From Blastocystis sp. Blastoise (lineage: Eukaryota > Protista > Bigyra: Opalinata), in assembly GCA_039096225.1 (NCBI GenBank), contig JBBPEB010000014.1, forward strand, positions 558,001 to 622,000: a stretch of 64,000 nucleotides of DNA, written 5' to 3'. Below, piece by piece: positions 25,905 to 45,624 of this stretch. Both the position numbers and the translations under genes were made by a program. Positions within the stretch are counted from its first letter, which is position 1. The number at the start of each line of letters is the position of its first letter. The notes beneath the pieces are model-generated. The model was not told where the DNA came from and made no database searches. It saw only the letters and a list, made by a program, of their open reading frames with translations.

Positions 25905-27173
25905 TAATATAAAAAGCACTAGAGAATATTTTCTATTTGTTTTTTTTTATGTACCAAATATGGTTTAGTTTTTAATTATTATAAAATATTCTTTGAGACA
26001 CTCATAAGTTATGTTATCTATTATAAATAGTATTGATAACAAATAGTGTCATTTTGTCGTTGAAGTTATAATTACCATAATACTCTTGGCTATAGATATA
26101 TTTGAATGCAGAGAAAATGCATTTGAAATACTACAAAGCTTCTATTTGTTATTTATCATGCTTTTTCTCAAATTATTGAATTTGAAAAGTTGATAGATTT
26201 TATAGATTTATATTTAAATATATAAACAATCTTATATTAAACATATTTTATTATTTTAAGAACTGAAAAAATGAAGATATTTGATAATTAACGTCGTCAT
26301 CTTCATTTTTATTTTATATTTTTAAAATCCACATGTTTCAATTTGATTCACAATAAATATTTTTTCATGAATAGAACAAATAATGTTTAATCCTTATATT
26401 TAAAAAGGAATAGCGAATTATAATCAAATAACATCAATATGTAGTATTTACTCACAAAATACAAATAAAACCATAGTATAAACCTGAATTCAATAAATTG
26501 CATAACAAATAAAGGAGAAAAGTATAGTAAATCAACCCAATATATAAAAATGATAAACATAAACAAGTATATTTATGAAACTTCTTCTTAAGAATCCTTA
26601 TATGGCAATAGCATCACTAAAGAAATGAATAACGTAGACACCAACACCAAATAAGCCTACATTTAACAGGGAGCTTAATTACAAAGAATGAAGGAAATCA
26701 TAATTTCATAGAGAAAACAATAAAAAAACGCGAATTAATAATAAAATAATTATGAAAAATCAGAAAATAAGTATAATCTATGATAGAATGAGAAAAAGGA
26801 TATATGTTGGAAACGAAGAGATTCAGAAGCACCACTCTTCATCCACATCCAGTTGAAAAATGAGCCAATGTAGCTCATTCTAGAATATTTAGAAAACGAT
26901 GTGTGATTAAAAATACGGTTTAGGTTTAGCAACAGCTTCAGGTTGTTGACTATTGAGGAATTGCACTAAAAGACTAGAAAATAAACACAGTATATCATAC
27001 TAGTAAATGATTAGAGAATAGGCAATAAAAGAGTAAAATGGAAAAAACGGAAAAACTACCTGTAGAGAAAACTATATTTGTGATTATATCTGTCTTTCTT
27101 TGTTTTCTTTGAATAAATCAATTAGTTATATATATCCATTAAATAGTGAGTTTAAAAGATACACAATTAGAAG

Positions 27174-27873
27174 ATGTCTGGAAATAATCATTATGCAATC
27201 AAATCTATAACGGGTAATAATGCTTCTCACTCTCGTATTCAGAGAAACTATCGTCCTATGACGATACAAGACTATGGAAATAACTACATCCTTGTTCCGA
27301 TTCATACTGTGAATTCTACAGTTACAAAAAAACAAATTAAAGAATTAACGAATTCCTATCAGTTTTCAGAGACTAAGAATAACTCGTTCGTCCTATGCAG
27401 CAAACATTACCCACAAACTCGTATTGCAATTCCTTATTATTATGCTCGAAGTCATCAAGTTCATGGAAAACCCTCTGTTGAAATCATGAATTTCTATCCT
27501 AAATCTACTATACTTGCTACACCACCTGCAGGACAACATGTGTATTTATATATATATATATATTTCATTTTTTAAGTATTATTGATATCAGTAGATATTA
27601 TAGTTGTCATTCATAGAGCGGGAAAAACTGCGAAATTGGTTCAAGTGGATCAGAAGGCACTAAATTCATTAGTAACATTCCCTGAGATAAATCAAGTAGA
27701 TTTATATAGTAATACTCTTTCCAATAAATCGACATCAAATAGAATCAATGATATATCAATAGATCTTACTCAAAGTAATACTGGAAATACAGTAAATACT
27801 AATAAATCACATTCATGTATATAGAATATATATTGTATTATAGTAATTCATGGGATATAAATTTATTATGATG

Positions 27874-27915
<42 letters not shown>

Positions 27916-29371
27916 ATCTTGTTATTATTATTATTATTATTAATACTATAATAAAAACTATAATAATAATACTTATTCTATTTACAGCTATTTCTATAGA
28001 TAAATATCCATATAATTCCTTATTACATGCTACTGCTTCTACGACTACTTCTTCTGTCACTTCTTCTTCCTATACACAATCAACAAAACAAGAGAAAAAA
28101 ACAGTTAGTTCCTCCCTAGAAAGTGACCCAAGTAAATATAAAAGAACTCTCTCAGGATGGTCTACAAATAATGTCTTTGAATGCTCACATATGCCTATAT
28201 CCTCTTATTCTTATTTACTATATTTATATAATTATATGATTTCTTTTTAATATCCATCTCTATAACTCTTCTTCTCTATTTTTATGTTTTAAAAATAATT
28301 GATAATCTATTTTATATATTCATGGAATATTGTTCTATATATATCTTTAATTATACGCACAAGAAATATAAAACAGATCAACAACCTCAACAAAATATGT
28401 ATATATATTTATTATTATTATTATTTAGTATTATTCTATAAATATATATTCTTTGCTATTCTATATATTTTATTTATAATTGTATTTCTATATATATAGT
28501 ACAAATGATACTATGTATAAAGAGGTAGACACTCTCGTTCAGAGTCTTATCTCTATATTACAGAAGGAAGGATCTATTGCTATTGAAGTATATATATATA
28601 CTTATTCTTAATTCTATATATTCTATCTCCTTATTTATATATATTCTAAACACTATAGAATCTATTACTCTTATTATATATTCTATATATATCTTCTATA
28701 ATCTATATATAGTCTATTCCAACGATGTTTTCCAAATCCTATATACAAGTAGAACAGATATTACACATGCTCTATAATCTACAAATATTAACATATCGTA
28801 AAAACATACAAAACTCGAAGGACAAAGGAATCTATACGTTAAACTGTATTTATTATTATAGTTACTTATTGATTCTACTTGTATTTTTCTAGTATTATAC
28901 ATGACATTAGTTGTCTTTCTATATATATATATATAGGTGATGAAAAATGTCCAGTTCCACTAGATATTGCTACTCTATCAAAACAACTTCAACAAATGTC
29001 GAATGAAAATAAAGAAGCTGAAGAACGAATCAAATATCTAGAACAATGCGCACAAAAGTATTATTATTATTATTATTATTATTTGATTTTATATATTATT
29101 GAAATATAATAAAGTCTTCTTGTGACTTGTTTATTAACTAATATTTATTGATATTCTTATTATTGAATTATTAATATATTCTTCTTGTATCTGATTATTA
29201 TATATTTATTATTTGATTATATTTATTATTCTATACATATATTATTATAGTCCACAAATGGATCCATCCCTCGTTTATTATCATATACAAGATCGAATGG
29301 GTATATATGCTCTTCCTGACCCTCTCTATTCTTCTTTATCTAAATTAATTCCTTCTCCTTTTGATTCTTAA
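27174..29371 (+). CDS. Hypothetical multi-exon protein
   Basis: Coding-like first exon MSGNNHYAIKSITG; further exons bounded by GT/AG; last exon ends LSKLIPSPFDS*. Internal exon chain not fully resolved. Confidence 0.65.
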
Positions 29372-29587
29372 ACACATGTATGAATTATAAACTGTAAAAT
29401 AAATACTCTTTGAATATGCTTTTTGTTATTCATAGATAGAGTTGTTATAAACTTAATTAAAAAGAAAACTCAGATATAAACATCATAAATATAATTAGCT
29501 ATCATTACAAACATAAGAAAAAAACAAAAAAATTGCTTTAAAAAATTGAAAAAGATATTTAATATAAAGAATATGCTAATTTTATTT

Positions 29588-34511
<4,924 letters not shown>

Positions 34512-35987
34512 TTGAATTTGATTTGAAAAATATTTATATTGAATGGCTGATAGAGACAAGCTAGTTTAACAAGTTCCTCTCAATACAAAAATAATAAAAT
34601 GATCGAAGTCTTTGATTTGGTGAAATATAATTTTTGAATTTTTTATTGGTTTTTTCTCAGTTTTGCTCTATCAAACTGTTTTTATTCAAAGAAAATAGTT
34701 TCAATCTTGTAAAATGAATGAAGGCTGCTTTAAATGAAAAGTAATATGATATATTCTATTAAATCATTCTATATAAAAATAAATATGAGTAAAACTTTTG
34801 ATTTTGGGGATAAATCATGAAAAGATTATTGTCTATGTGGCTAATACTTATTTAAAACAATATAAATATTCAAAGGAATAATATGAAGATATGCTACAGA
34901 TACGAATGAAAAAGAATCTTTGATTGTGAACACAAAGAGTTATTGTATTTCGTTTGCTTGTACATAAATATTATCATGATGTATAGAAAGCAACTGAATA
35001 GCAATAACATTAGGATTAATATGATAAATAAATGATATTCATTGTGCCCGGGTGTTGAATTTGTTTTAATTGATTACTATTGTGTATCAATGATCTATAT
35101 TGTAGATATACACTACAAAAAAAAATTGAGGGCATGTGAGGAAACAGTATTGTTTCATATTTTGAAGAATAACCAACTAATTTAAGATTTGGTAACATTC
35201 GCTATTCTTAATTATGTGAAACCATAAAATAATAATACAAAGCTGACACAAATTTCTGAATCAATATCTGAAGTTTTTAGTTGTATTATACAGGTTGATT
35301 GTGATTTTTCTTTTGTTGAATACAAGTTTTTCGTATGACTATCACTATTTCTATAAAGTAGGGAATCTACGAATTGCATGTAACATTACAGAGCTGTAAT
35401 GAAAGCAAAAATCATACAAAACAATATGGATTTTCTTTAAAATTGTTCTGTTTAATAATCATATAATATATATGATGCTATACCATTAAGTATTTATTCT
35501 AATAATAAGAAAAAAAAAGTAATTATGTAATTATAATGACAAAAAATGAGTTATGTTTGTTTTTATTATTATACATTACTTTTTGATATATATAATAATC
35601 TCAATGTACGATAGAGATGATTAAGAAAATAAGCAAATACTTCGTATTGATATAAAAGAAATTTATAAAATAATTTCTACAGAATTAAGAATATTTTAAG
35701 TGAAATTCGATTAAAAAGCCCTTTATTACACAGAAGAACAATTGATGATTAATTAAAGAGTATCTATGAAGCATATAAATGAATAGCAATAAAAGTGTTC
35801 AGTGAGAGATATACAGAAAACGCACGTTTCATTCTTCATTTGTTGAAAAAGGATTGTTCTGTAAAAAAGAATCATGGTTTTTCTGAGAAATAATAAGAAA
35901 TAATGAATAAAATCAAAAAAAAAAGGATGAATCTTTTTAAATTTGAAAGAACTATTATAAAGTTAGAATTAGATTATAAAGAGCAAT

Positions 35988-38900
35988 ATGAGCTTTTCAA
36001 AGTAAGTTTATAAAGTTTTTTGATTCCATTATGTGATATAGTAATATAAAAGAGAGTGAGATTCCTCTGATTCGTTCCATTTTTAATCGTTTTGATATTA
36101 AAAAGACTGGATCTGTTGACACAGACTCATTATGTTGTATAATAAAAGCTATCATTCCCAGTATTGAAGAAGATGATGATATTGAAGACGCTTTAGAAGC
36201 TCTTGGAAATGATGGTAAACTTGAATTCGATATCAATGATGTTTTCCAAATAAAATCATATCTTGATGCAAAGGATCGTGGGTTATCTTTTGGATCTCAT
36301 AGAGGATCTATAACAACATATAAAAGTAGAAAGACTGTCGATCAGAGTTTTCATAGTGTTGAAGATCGTGAAAGAGTATGCTTATTGTTGTATTTTATAT
36401 TGACTTATTTATATATGTAACTACTTCTTTGTTTCACTTCATAATATCTATATAAATTTCTAATCTAGATTGCTTTTGTGAATCATATTAATACTGCTCT
36501 TTCTGGAGATGTTGATCTTCCTTATTTACCTCTTAATCCTGAAACTGATCAACTATATACTGTTGTTGCTGATGGTGTCTTATTATGGTATATATTATAT
36601 TCTAAAATTAATATTGTTTTTGTGTTATTATTATAATTCTCTTTCATTTTTATTTTGATATAAATACCTTATAATCTTATCTATCCATTTTAATTGTTTT
36701 TTTTTTAATTTAATTCTTCATTAGTAAGATGATTAATAAGGCAGCTCCAGGCACAATTGATGAACGTGCTATTAATAAACACAAGAGTCTCACAGTATTT
36801 CATAAAACTGAGAATCTTCGATTAGCTTTAAATGCTGCTTCTTCTATTGGATGTATAATTATTAATATTGGATGGAATGATATCATGGAAGGAACTGTAT
36901 ATAGTTATTCATTATTTATTTATATTTATGAATCATATTCTTTTATTATTGTATTATTTATTATATTATTTATTTTATTATTGTATTATATATCATATTT
37001 TTTTATCATTTTATTATTCTGTTATATATCATATTCTTTTATTATTCTATTGTTTATTCTATTTGTAAATTAATTTTTTTTTATTATTCTATTATATATC
37101 ATGTTAATTAAAAAAATAAATATCTTCTTATTCTATCTGATTATATGATACTATATGATATCATTATAGCCTCATTTGATATTGGGAGTTATTTGGCAGA
37201 TTATTAAAGTAGAATTATTGTCAGGTATTGATATTCAAAATATGCCTAATGTAGCACAACTCTTTGAAGGTGAAGAAAATATCGATTTCTCCAAGATACC
37301 TCCTCAGGAAATCCTTTTGAAATGGTTTAATTATCATTTAAACAGAGTAGGATGCCCTAGAAGAGTGAATAACTTTGGACAAGATATTCAAGTATATATA
37401 TATAATAAGAATAATTATATTCATCTATTATCACTAATATGTATAAAATGATGCTATATTTTTATTGTTTTTTTTTTATTATTAGACTTCCTGTGAATTC
37501 TATTGCTACTATTCTATAATATATAAATATATATATATAGGATAGTGAATGTTATACATATCTTTTATATGCTCTTGATGGTGATCGTAATCATTTGAAT
37601 AATCTCCAAGAACAAAATGAAGAGACACGTGCTGGACACGTTCTTCAAGGAGCTACTGTATATATATATATATAAATATATATATTTATATATATTAGTA
37701 TAGTAATAATAATTATAATATAAATAATAATTATTTTTATTAAAATACTACTGTTAATAAAATACTATTAATAATAATAATACTATATATATATATATAT
37801 ATAGCAACTAGGTGTTGAGCCTTTCCTTCATCCTCAGGATATCGCAAATGGAAATGAACGTTTGAATCTTGCTTTTGTTGCTATGCTTTTTAAGGCATGT
37901 ACAGGATTAGAAGAAGTAGATCCAAAAAAACTGTATATATATATATATATATATATTTTAAATTTTCGTTATCTAAATAAATTATATATGTGATAAACAC
38001 TTTTTTTATTTTATAATTTAATCTTAAGAGTATTATATATATATATAGTAAGGAATTATTAGTAGATATATTTGATACCAATAGTGCTGAAGGAAGAGAA
38101 GAACGTGTATATAGAATGTGGATTAATAGTTTAGGTATTAAGGATGTTCAATTAAATAATCTATTCAGTGATTTTGATGATGGATTGAAATTAGCTAAAG
38201 TAAATATATAATAAATGAATAAATTATTGAATAAACATATATAATTATTTAAATTATTATTTAAATTATTATATAAATAATTCTATAAATAATTCTATAA
38301 ATAATTCTATAAATATAGGTAATGGATCATTTACAACCAGGAGTTGTTAATTGGAAACTTATGAATATGAATACAAAAATGAGAATTCCAAAAGTATATA
38401 AATATATATTTTAAATATATTTCTTATCATTTATTATATATAATAAACATAATAAACATAATAAACATAATAAACATAATAAATATAATAAACCTAATAA
38501 TAATAAACATAATAATAATAATACCACTATACTTATTATTATAGGTATTGAATTGTAATCAATGTGTTGAATCAGCAAGGAAAATGGATTTGAAAATCGT
38601 AAATATTGGTGGTGTAGATATTGTTAATAAAGAAAAAACACTTATTCTTGCAATTGTATGGCAACTTCGTCGTTATCATCTTCTTTCCCTCCTTTCTACT
38701 CTTGGTGGCGGGAAACGTATTGAAGATAAAGACGTCATGGCTTGGGCCAATGAAATGGCTCTTTCTATTGATCCTTCAACGATGACTATACATTCTTTCT
38801 CTGATCCTATTCTTCGAAATGGAATCTATCTTCTTTTAGTTATGTATAGATATATTATATGATTTAAAAATTAGTATAAAACTTAGAACATTTATTAAAT

Positions 38901-39358
38901 GAATTTCATATATATATATATATCCTATGTTTTTCATTCCTATTGTATATATATATGTATAGATCTAGTATTGATAGACAAGCAGTCAATTGGGATTATG
39001 TTCATGATATTGGGGAAAACGGAGAAACTGAAGCACAAACATTTGAAAGTAATGCTAGATATTGTATTAGTATAGCTAGAAAAATAGGAGCTACTGTATT
39101 TATTACTTGGGAAGATATTGTTGAAGTATCTATAATTAATAAATATATTATAATATAAAAATATAATAATAAATAAATATAATATAATATAATAGTAAAT
39201 AATATAAATATAATAATAAATATAATATAATATAATAAATATAATATAATAAATGTAATATAAAATTATTATACCTATAGTGTAAGCCAAAAATGATATT
39301 AGCGTTTATTGCATCTCTTATGTATACTCAGAAAATGAATGAGAATCAACAACTCTAA
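35988..39358 (+). CDS. Fimbrin/plastin (EF-hand-like headpiece plus four calponin-homology domains), multi-exon
   Basis: Motifs [79 protein letters not shown] and [14 protein letters not shown]...[13 protein letters not shown]. Confidence 0.95.
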
Positions 39359-39909
39359 ATCATATATACTAGTTTTTAAATCATAAATAGGTTTTTCATT
39401 ACTTTGCAATTATTTATAGTTATAGTTAGATTAGTTATTCTCTTGATTGCTTATTTTTTAGGTTTTATGTATAATGTCTATTATTTTATTTGCCTATTCA
39501 TTATACTTAACCACAACGTGTTGTCTACAAACAAATATTAGCTTGTAACTACTTGAAATCGTTTTGTTATCATATAAAATCATATATTATTATTAATATC
39601 ATATATCTTTCCTTTTAATAATCTTTAGAAAATCATAAACTTATCTTTACAACGTTAATTAAATAGAAAATAAAAAAAATATTGTTGAAGATTTAAAATT
39701 AATGTTTTGTTTAACTAGATCATTTTATATCCTAGCCATAAAAAACAATATTCTATGTATTTATAAACTTAAGTATGTAGTATTCTTGTAAATAAGAGTA
39801 TATTATAAATATAAAAAGAAATGAGAAAATAATTGTGATTATTTTATTAGTATTAGTTAATTATTTAGTATTCCCAAGTATTTTTTAAATTGTTTTGAAT
39901 AGATTACAA

Positions 39910-40305
39910 ATGCAGAATAACAGAATAGCAAGACCTATGGATAGAGAAAAGACTTGTCCTTTTCTCTTAAGAACATTTATTCGTTCTAATCAACACTTCC
40001 AAGAAAGTGAATTCACTATTCAAAGTGTTCCTTCAGACTGTGAACTTGATATTCATACTTGGAAAGATGCCACTATCATGGAGATTCTAACAATTATTAG
40101 ACAAGATAATATTGATTCAAGAAGAAAAAATGCTACTATTGATATATTAAAAGGTTATTTTACGAATAGTGGTCAATTTTATATAAAGAAAGTGGGTTCA
40201 ATCACATCAGATCAAAATTATGATAAGAAAATGACGCTTGATCAAACTCAACTTCGTATTGGTGATTTCTTACTTTTTGAAATAACCTTCTCTTCTCCTA
40301 TTTAA
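39910..40305 (+). CDS. SAP18: Histone deacetylase complex / ASAP subunit SAP18
   Basis: Motifs DREKTCPFLLRTF, IHTWKDATIMEI and KMTLDQTQLRIGDFL. Confidence 0.92.
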   Translation: MQNNRIARPMDREKTCPFLLRTFIRSNQHFQESEFTIQSVPSDCELDIHTWKDATIMEILTIIRQDNIDSRRKNATIDILKGYFTNSGQFYIKKVGSITSDQNYDKKMTLDQTQLRIGDFLLFEITFSSPI

Positions 40306-41328
40306 GTGTTATACTTTATCTACAAATGAATTGTTTACTATTTTATCAAAAATTAATAATTGTTTTGCTATTTGAATTAAAAACTCTTTTTAATGATCGA
40401 AGACATAATATGCAATTCTTGATAAACTCCTTTTTGATGAAATTATTACAATTTTATTTTTTTTTTGACTATTGAATAATTTAATTTGTTGTAATATTAG
40501 TTCCTATATAAGCTTATTATTATTAATATTATATAAGCTACATGAAAGTATGAGAAAAATAGTAGAAACAACTAATCTGTCTTTTTTTCGTATAAAATAT
40601 ATACTGGCATTTATTGATCATAGAAAGATATACAAAGACAACGATATATATATATTTGACTCATTTCAAGTGAATAAAAACGAAAAACAAAAGATTTCAT
40701 TCATTCATTTTTTTTTTAGGAATTATTATGGACATAGTTATTTTTTGTTTTATTGAATCATTTAATGATAAACAACATTTTAATTAACGATATCATCTTA
40801 TTTTTTTTTCTTTTCCTTCATCGGTGAAAAATGTGAATTTTCTTTGAGATTAGTATTAATATGATGTAAATATTGTGGTCATCTTTCTGTAATTATTTTT
40901 TCTATAAATATATGCTGAAAATAAAGAAAATATCCTGAAAGAAAAAGAAGCATTCAGTTAGGTTTTGCGGTCATAACTGTTTTGTTAGAATAAAACAGAA
41001 TAAACAGAAAATAGAATCTATTCATGAAAAAAAAAGATTAAACCCTTGAGAACACAAAAAAATCATAATTCGAAATAGAGAAACTTCCTCAGAATTCTGA
41101 AAGATGGTAACTTTTAAAAAAGCGAAACGTTGATTGGAATTATCTAAAAAAGTCTATGATGAACAAGGAAAAGAAATCCGGAAATGTATGATTGAACTTA
41201 TGACGGTAGGATGCGTCGATGATCTTTTGACTTTTAAACACAAACTCCTACATCACAAACGTTAGAAATACTTTTCTCTTTTTAGACATATTTATTTTAT
41301 TTTTAGGATAGATATATATTTATATAAT

Positions 41329-41419
41329 ATGACGAGTATGCTCAACTATATTAATATTATATATTTATGTTCTTTTATAGCTTATTTCCCTACTGTTTCA
41401 AAGATTAACTATGAAGGTC
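41329..41419 (+). CDS. xylA: Xylose isomerase, 5' fragment (exon 1 and first part of exon 2), cut by the CACTA element
   Basis: ATGACGA, intron 41336-41380, then CTTATTTCCCT...GAAGGTC gives MTTYFPTVSKINYEG(P), the class II xylose isomerase N-terminus. Confidence 0.9.
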
Positions 41420-42097
41420 CACTGGTAGGCATTTTCATGGGTCTGAAAAAGCGATACACTAGAAATTCTTGCTAACTATTTTTTAAGAAATTTTCAGTCA
41501 ATAATATGGAATCTATCAAGAATTTATTAAAAACTTAATTGGCTTATTACTATATATTGGCAAATTAAAATACATAGAATAGTCCAATTAAATTAATGAG
41601 AATATTCGGGAATTTTTAATTAAGATCTTTGAAAGATACGTTTGCTTTTATTATCAAAAATTGAGAGTTTTTTTTATTCGTAGTTACTTTTTAGTATTAA
41701 AACAAAACACACTATATTTTTAATAAAATAATAAAAACAGTAAAAAATAAAAATATAATTTATATTTTTCTAAACCTATTGCATTGTGATTTAATAAAGT
41801 ATATTGCAGTCAAATAAAAGTACCTATAAATAGTGAATCTGTTAAGATAATTGTTTATCTATTGAAATATATATAATGAAATAATATATTATTAAAGAAA
41901 CTAATATATACCATAGTAATTGATGTTTGCTAATTCGTGATCTATAAAAAGGAATATGATAAATTAAAATAAAATTGAATTTAAAAAAATACATAAAATA
42001 AGCTATAATTATTGTTTTTAGATTTATGATCTATATAATATATGTAATTAATAAAATAAACAATAATATTATATATAATTATATAATAAATTACTTT

Positions 42098-42194
42098 CAC
42101 TATTAGGCACTTTTGGCCTTTCAGAACATATGATTGGCAAAATCAACTATTTTATCCAATCAATTTCCTTAAAACATCAAAATGCCTAATAGTG
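42098..42194. mobile_element. 97-bp CACTA MITE nested in the large element
   Basis: TIR CACTATTAGGCA at 42098-42109 and 42183-42194; TTT on both flanks. Confidence 0.85.
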
Positions 42195-42285
42195 TTTTAC
42201 AAATTTACTCTATTTCATTACTATGCTATAAATGATAAGTTAATACATAAAATTCATATTATATACCTATTTAAGTGATTAAAAT

Positions 42286-43400
42286 TCATCTTTCAACTTT
42301 TATATCATAGTGATGACCCTGAATGCAATCCATTCTAACTTTGTTAAATTATTCTATAAATATAAGGATACACATAAATAATTATTATAATTCATATACT
42401 TATTTTCAAGATAATATAATACATATTCATAAAATAAATTAAAATACTAAAATTAAAAAAATATATGAAAAGATAGAATCTATCATATTCCAAATAAATA
42501 AAAAGAAACAATAGTTTAATAAAAAAAGTGAAACAATAATAAATAAAACAACCAATAGTATATACTTACCTATGACGACGATTGTGTTCCACAACTGCGT
42601 CATAACTCTTTTGTAGTTCTTCAATAATAGCGTAGTTGGCTTTATATGAATACGTCGTTTTGTCAAAAAAGGAAGGATTTTGCTTCCATTCTAAACTCTA
42701 TATATGTATATATAGATTAGTATATAATATTATAACAAGTTACCATAAAGTCATTTTTCAAACGTTTTTTATCAATAATAGAATACCCTTCTTCATCTAT
42801 AACATTAAAACCAAAAGACGCGGCAAGATTTCCATTATTCTTTTTGTCATACAATGATTTTTTTACACATTTTATTATAACATAATCATCTAATGGTTCA
42901 GCAAACTTGTTTTGGGTCATATACTCTTTTATCACTTGAAGAATAGTAATATACAATTTGTTGTTTTCATCAATTAAACATTTATTATTCGTCTGTTTAT
43001 ATATATGCTTAGCTTCAGCTAACTCATTCTCTTTCACAACAAAAGGAATAAACCTTAAACAAGTCTATATTATAGAATGTATAATTTTATATAAATACTT
43101 TTATTATTCTTGTCGAGTTCTTAATAGCTGGAACCTTTATGTTTCTTATCAGAGCTTCACGTCGAAAAAAAGTTTCCATATTATATGTTAAATAACGACA
43201 TTTTTTATTATCTAAATATATAATAGAAATAGATATAGTTATACTTGTTTTCTCAGGTAATAGTATTAGACGATAGAACTCATGAAAAGCTTCAAATAGT
43301 ACCAATTTGAGTTTTTTCATTCTCTTTATATCTTCATTTATTATTTTATCTCTAGAACTCGATATACACAAGAAAGAAACATGTATTATACTTGGGTGAC
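42286..43400 (-). CDS. Element-borne multi-exon hypothetical ORF (possible TnpA-like accessory gene); ends uncertain
   Basis: Open exons joined by host-style introns, e.g. ...KRLKNDFM|SLEWKQNPSFFDKTTYSYKANY...; divergent from the transposase. No recognisable domain. Confidence 0.55.
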
Positions 43401-44572
43401 ATTTCTGCACTTTTTTATAAAACAAAATAAAAATGGATTTTTCTAGAAAAATATTTTGTATTTATGTAATATTTTAAAAAAGATTTTCAATATTATCTAA
43501 AATAGTCATATTAATAAATAACTATGAAATAAAGTAGCCTATTTTATTCTTACAATAGTGAAGATATACTTCTTTGTATCATCTATTCCATATAATGATA
43601 TATTAAAGTGAATATATTGTTATTCTTGACGAATAAATGAGATAACAAAAGACATTAAAGAAAAATTATAATAATCATAGAAATATAAATTAATGTTTCT
43701 AATTTTACCGATAACATATGAATAATTAATTATTTATAAGTTACACTACCAACTTACAGAAAGAGGTATATTACTCTCGTATAAATAAATAAAAGATAAT
43801 ATGGATTCTAAATATTTTCTTATAATCCATAAAACGTACTCATTAAGAAACCACATATATATTAACTGTAGTCTGATATATATCTAGACTATTTCATATA
43901 AACTATAAACTTTATATATTTAAATACAAACCTTTTTAATAATTTCGTTATACTTATATAATATATTTATATACGTAGCATATTTCACTAGATCATATGA
44001 TGATGACACATATTAAGTAATTAAGAAGCAATTCATTATCAAATCTGTCTATATATATAATTTAATATTTTTATATACATTTTTTATAAATAATATTTCA
44101 ATTAATAATAGAAATAATAATAGTATAAATAGTAAATAATCTTATAAAAAAAATAAGTAGGCCAATAAATGGTGATAATGTAATGTATGATATATATATA
44201 TATATATATACAATATAGAGTAATTTTCAAAAGATATTTAACAGAGACTAAAATGAAAGCATGAGAACAATCTATTTTATTTCTTCCTAAATAAACTGTA
44301 ATAAATAGCTTAATACATAAAGATGTATACAAAATATATATATATACCATTGATCATGTTGTTGAAAGACATAGTATATAATGTTCATTAATATCCCAAT
44401 TCATCAAATATAATTTATATGAGTTAATATTTACTCTACGCTAAATGGAAATCTAGCATGCTTTATAAATACTTCCTTAGTCATTATGTAATAAATGGAA
44501 TTTATTTAAGTACTGTCTCTAAAAAATATATATGAGAATATTGTTAAAATAATATATTTTTTAATAAATACA

Positions 44573-44640
<68 letters not shown>

Positions 44641-45624
44641 TATAATATTTTAATTACAATATTATTCTTTATACTAATGACAGATACTTATAATAAGAAA
44701 CTAAAATTAGATGTTATCTATATAAGTAAAAAATGAATCATTAAGTCTAATGGTACATAACATAAATAATATAATATTGAAATGTAAATTTTGTAAATAA
44801 ACAATAAGATATATAATATAATATCAGAGACATAATATATAAGAAAAATAAATACATAAACAGTCAGAATAATAACATATATATAATATATACTTCTATT
44901 TGTTAGTGATTAATACTAGATTCTTTTAATATCGTTGACTTCATTTCTAATATAAAAAGAATATTGAATCAAAACAATTAATTCGAAATCTCAATGAATA
45001 ATTATGTATTTAATAATTCAGGTATACTATTATCCTTTTTTGAAATTTAAGTTTACATCACATGATAATATAATTGATGTTCTTTTTCCTATAATAATAC
45101 AGTTTATATATATTAGTACGTCTTATATATGTATAGATATATATATTTAAAGTAATTAAGATCAAGAAATATAATAATAATAAAAATGTTAACAAATTAT
45201 ATTTATTATTTAGAAAATGATATTATTATTTATTTATATATACACTATATAATTGACTTTTTTATTTAAAATACGGCCTAATGCAGTTTGTATATATATA
45301 TATTTGGTATTTAAATTTCATCATAAAATATTTCAAAAGAAATTTTATTGAGTTTCCGCTAACTGCTAAAAATTAAATCTTATTACGAGTTACATGAATA
45401 AATACATGATTAAGATTATTATTTGAGATAAGTAAAGAATTATCGCAATTCAAGAAAATGATGTTGAATTTGAAATCATTAGAGTTGTTACTATCAATCA
45501 AAAGACTGACATGCTATTGCTTATGTATTGAATAGAGAAAGAATCGGCTTGGAAGAATGTGTGTAAACAAAAATTTAAAAGAAATTATTGAAAAAAAATT
45601 CTAATTTTTATTTTGAGTTTATTC

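Noticed and set aside
41104-41265. Short coding-like stretch upstream of xylA (LELSKKVYDEQGKEIRKCMIEL...)
   Set aside because: Under 55 codons, with an internal stop and no recognisable motif.
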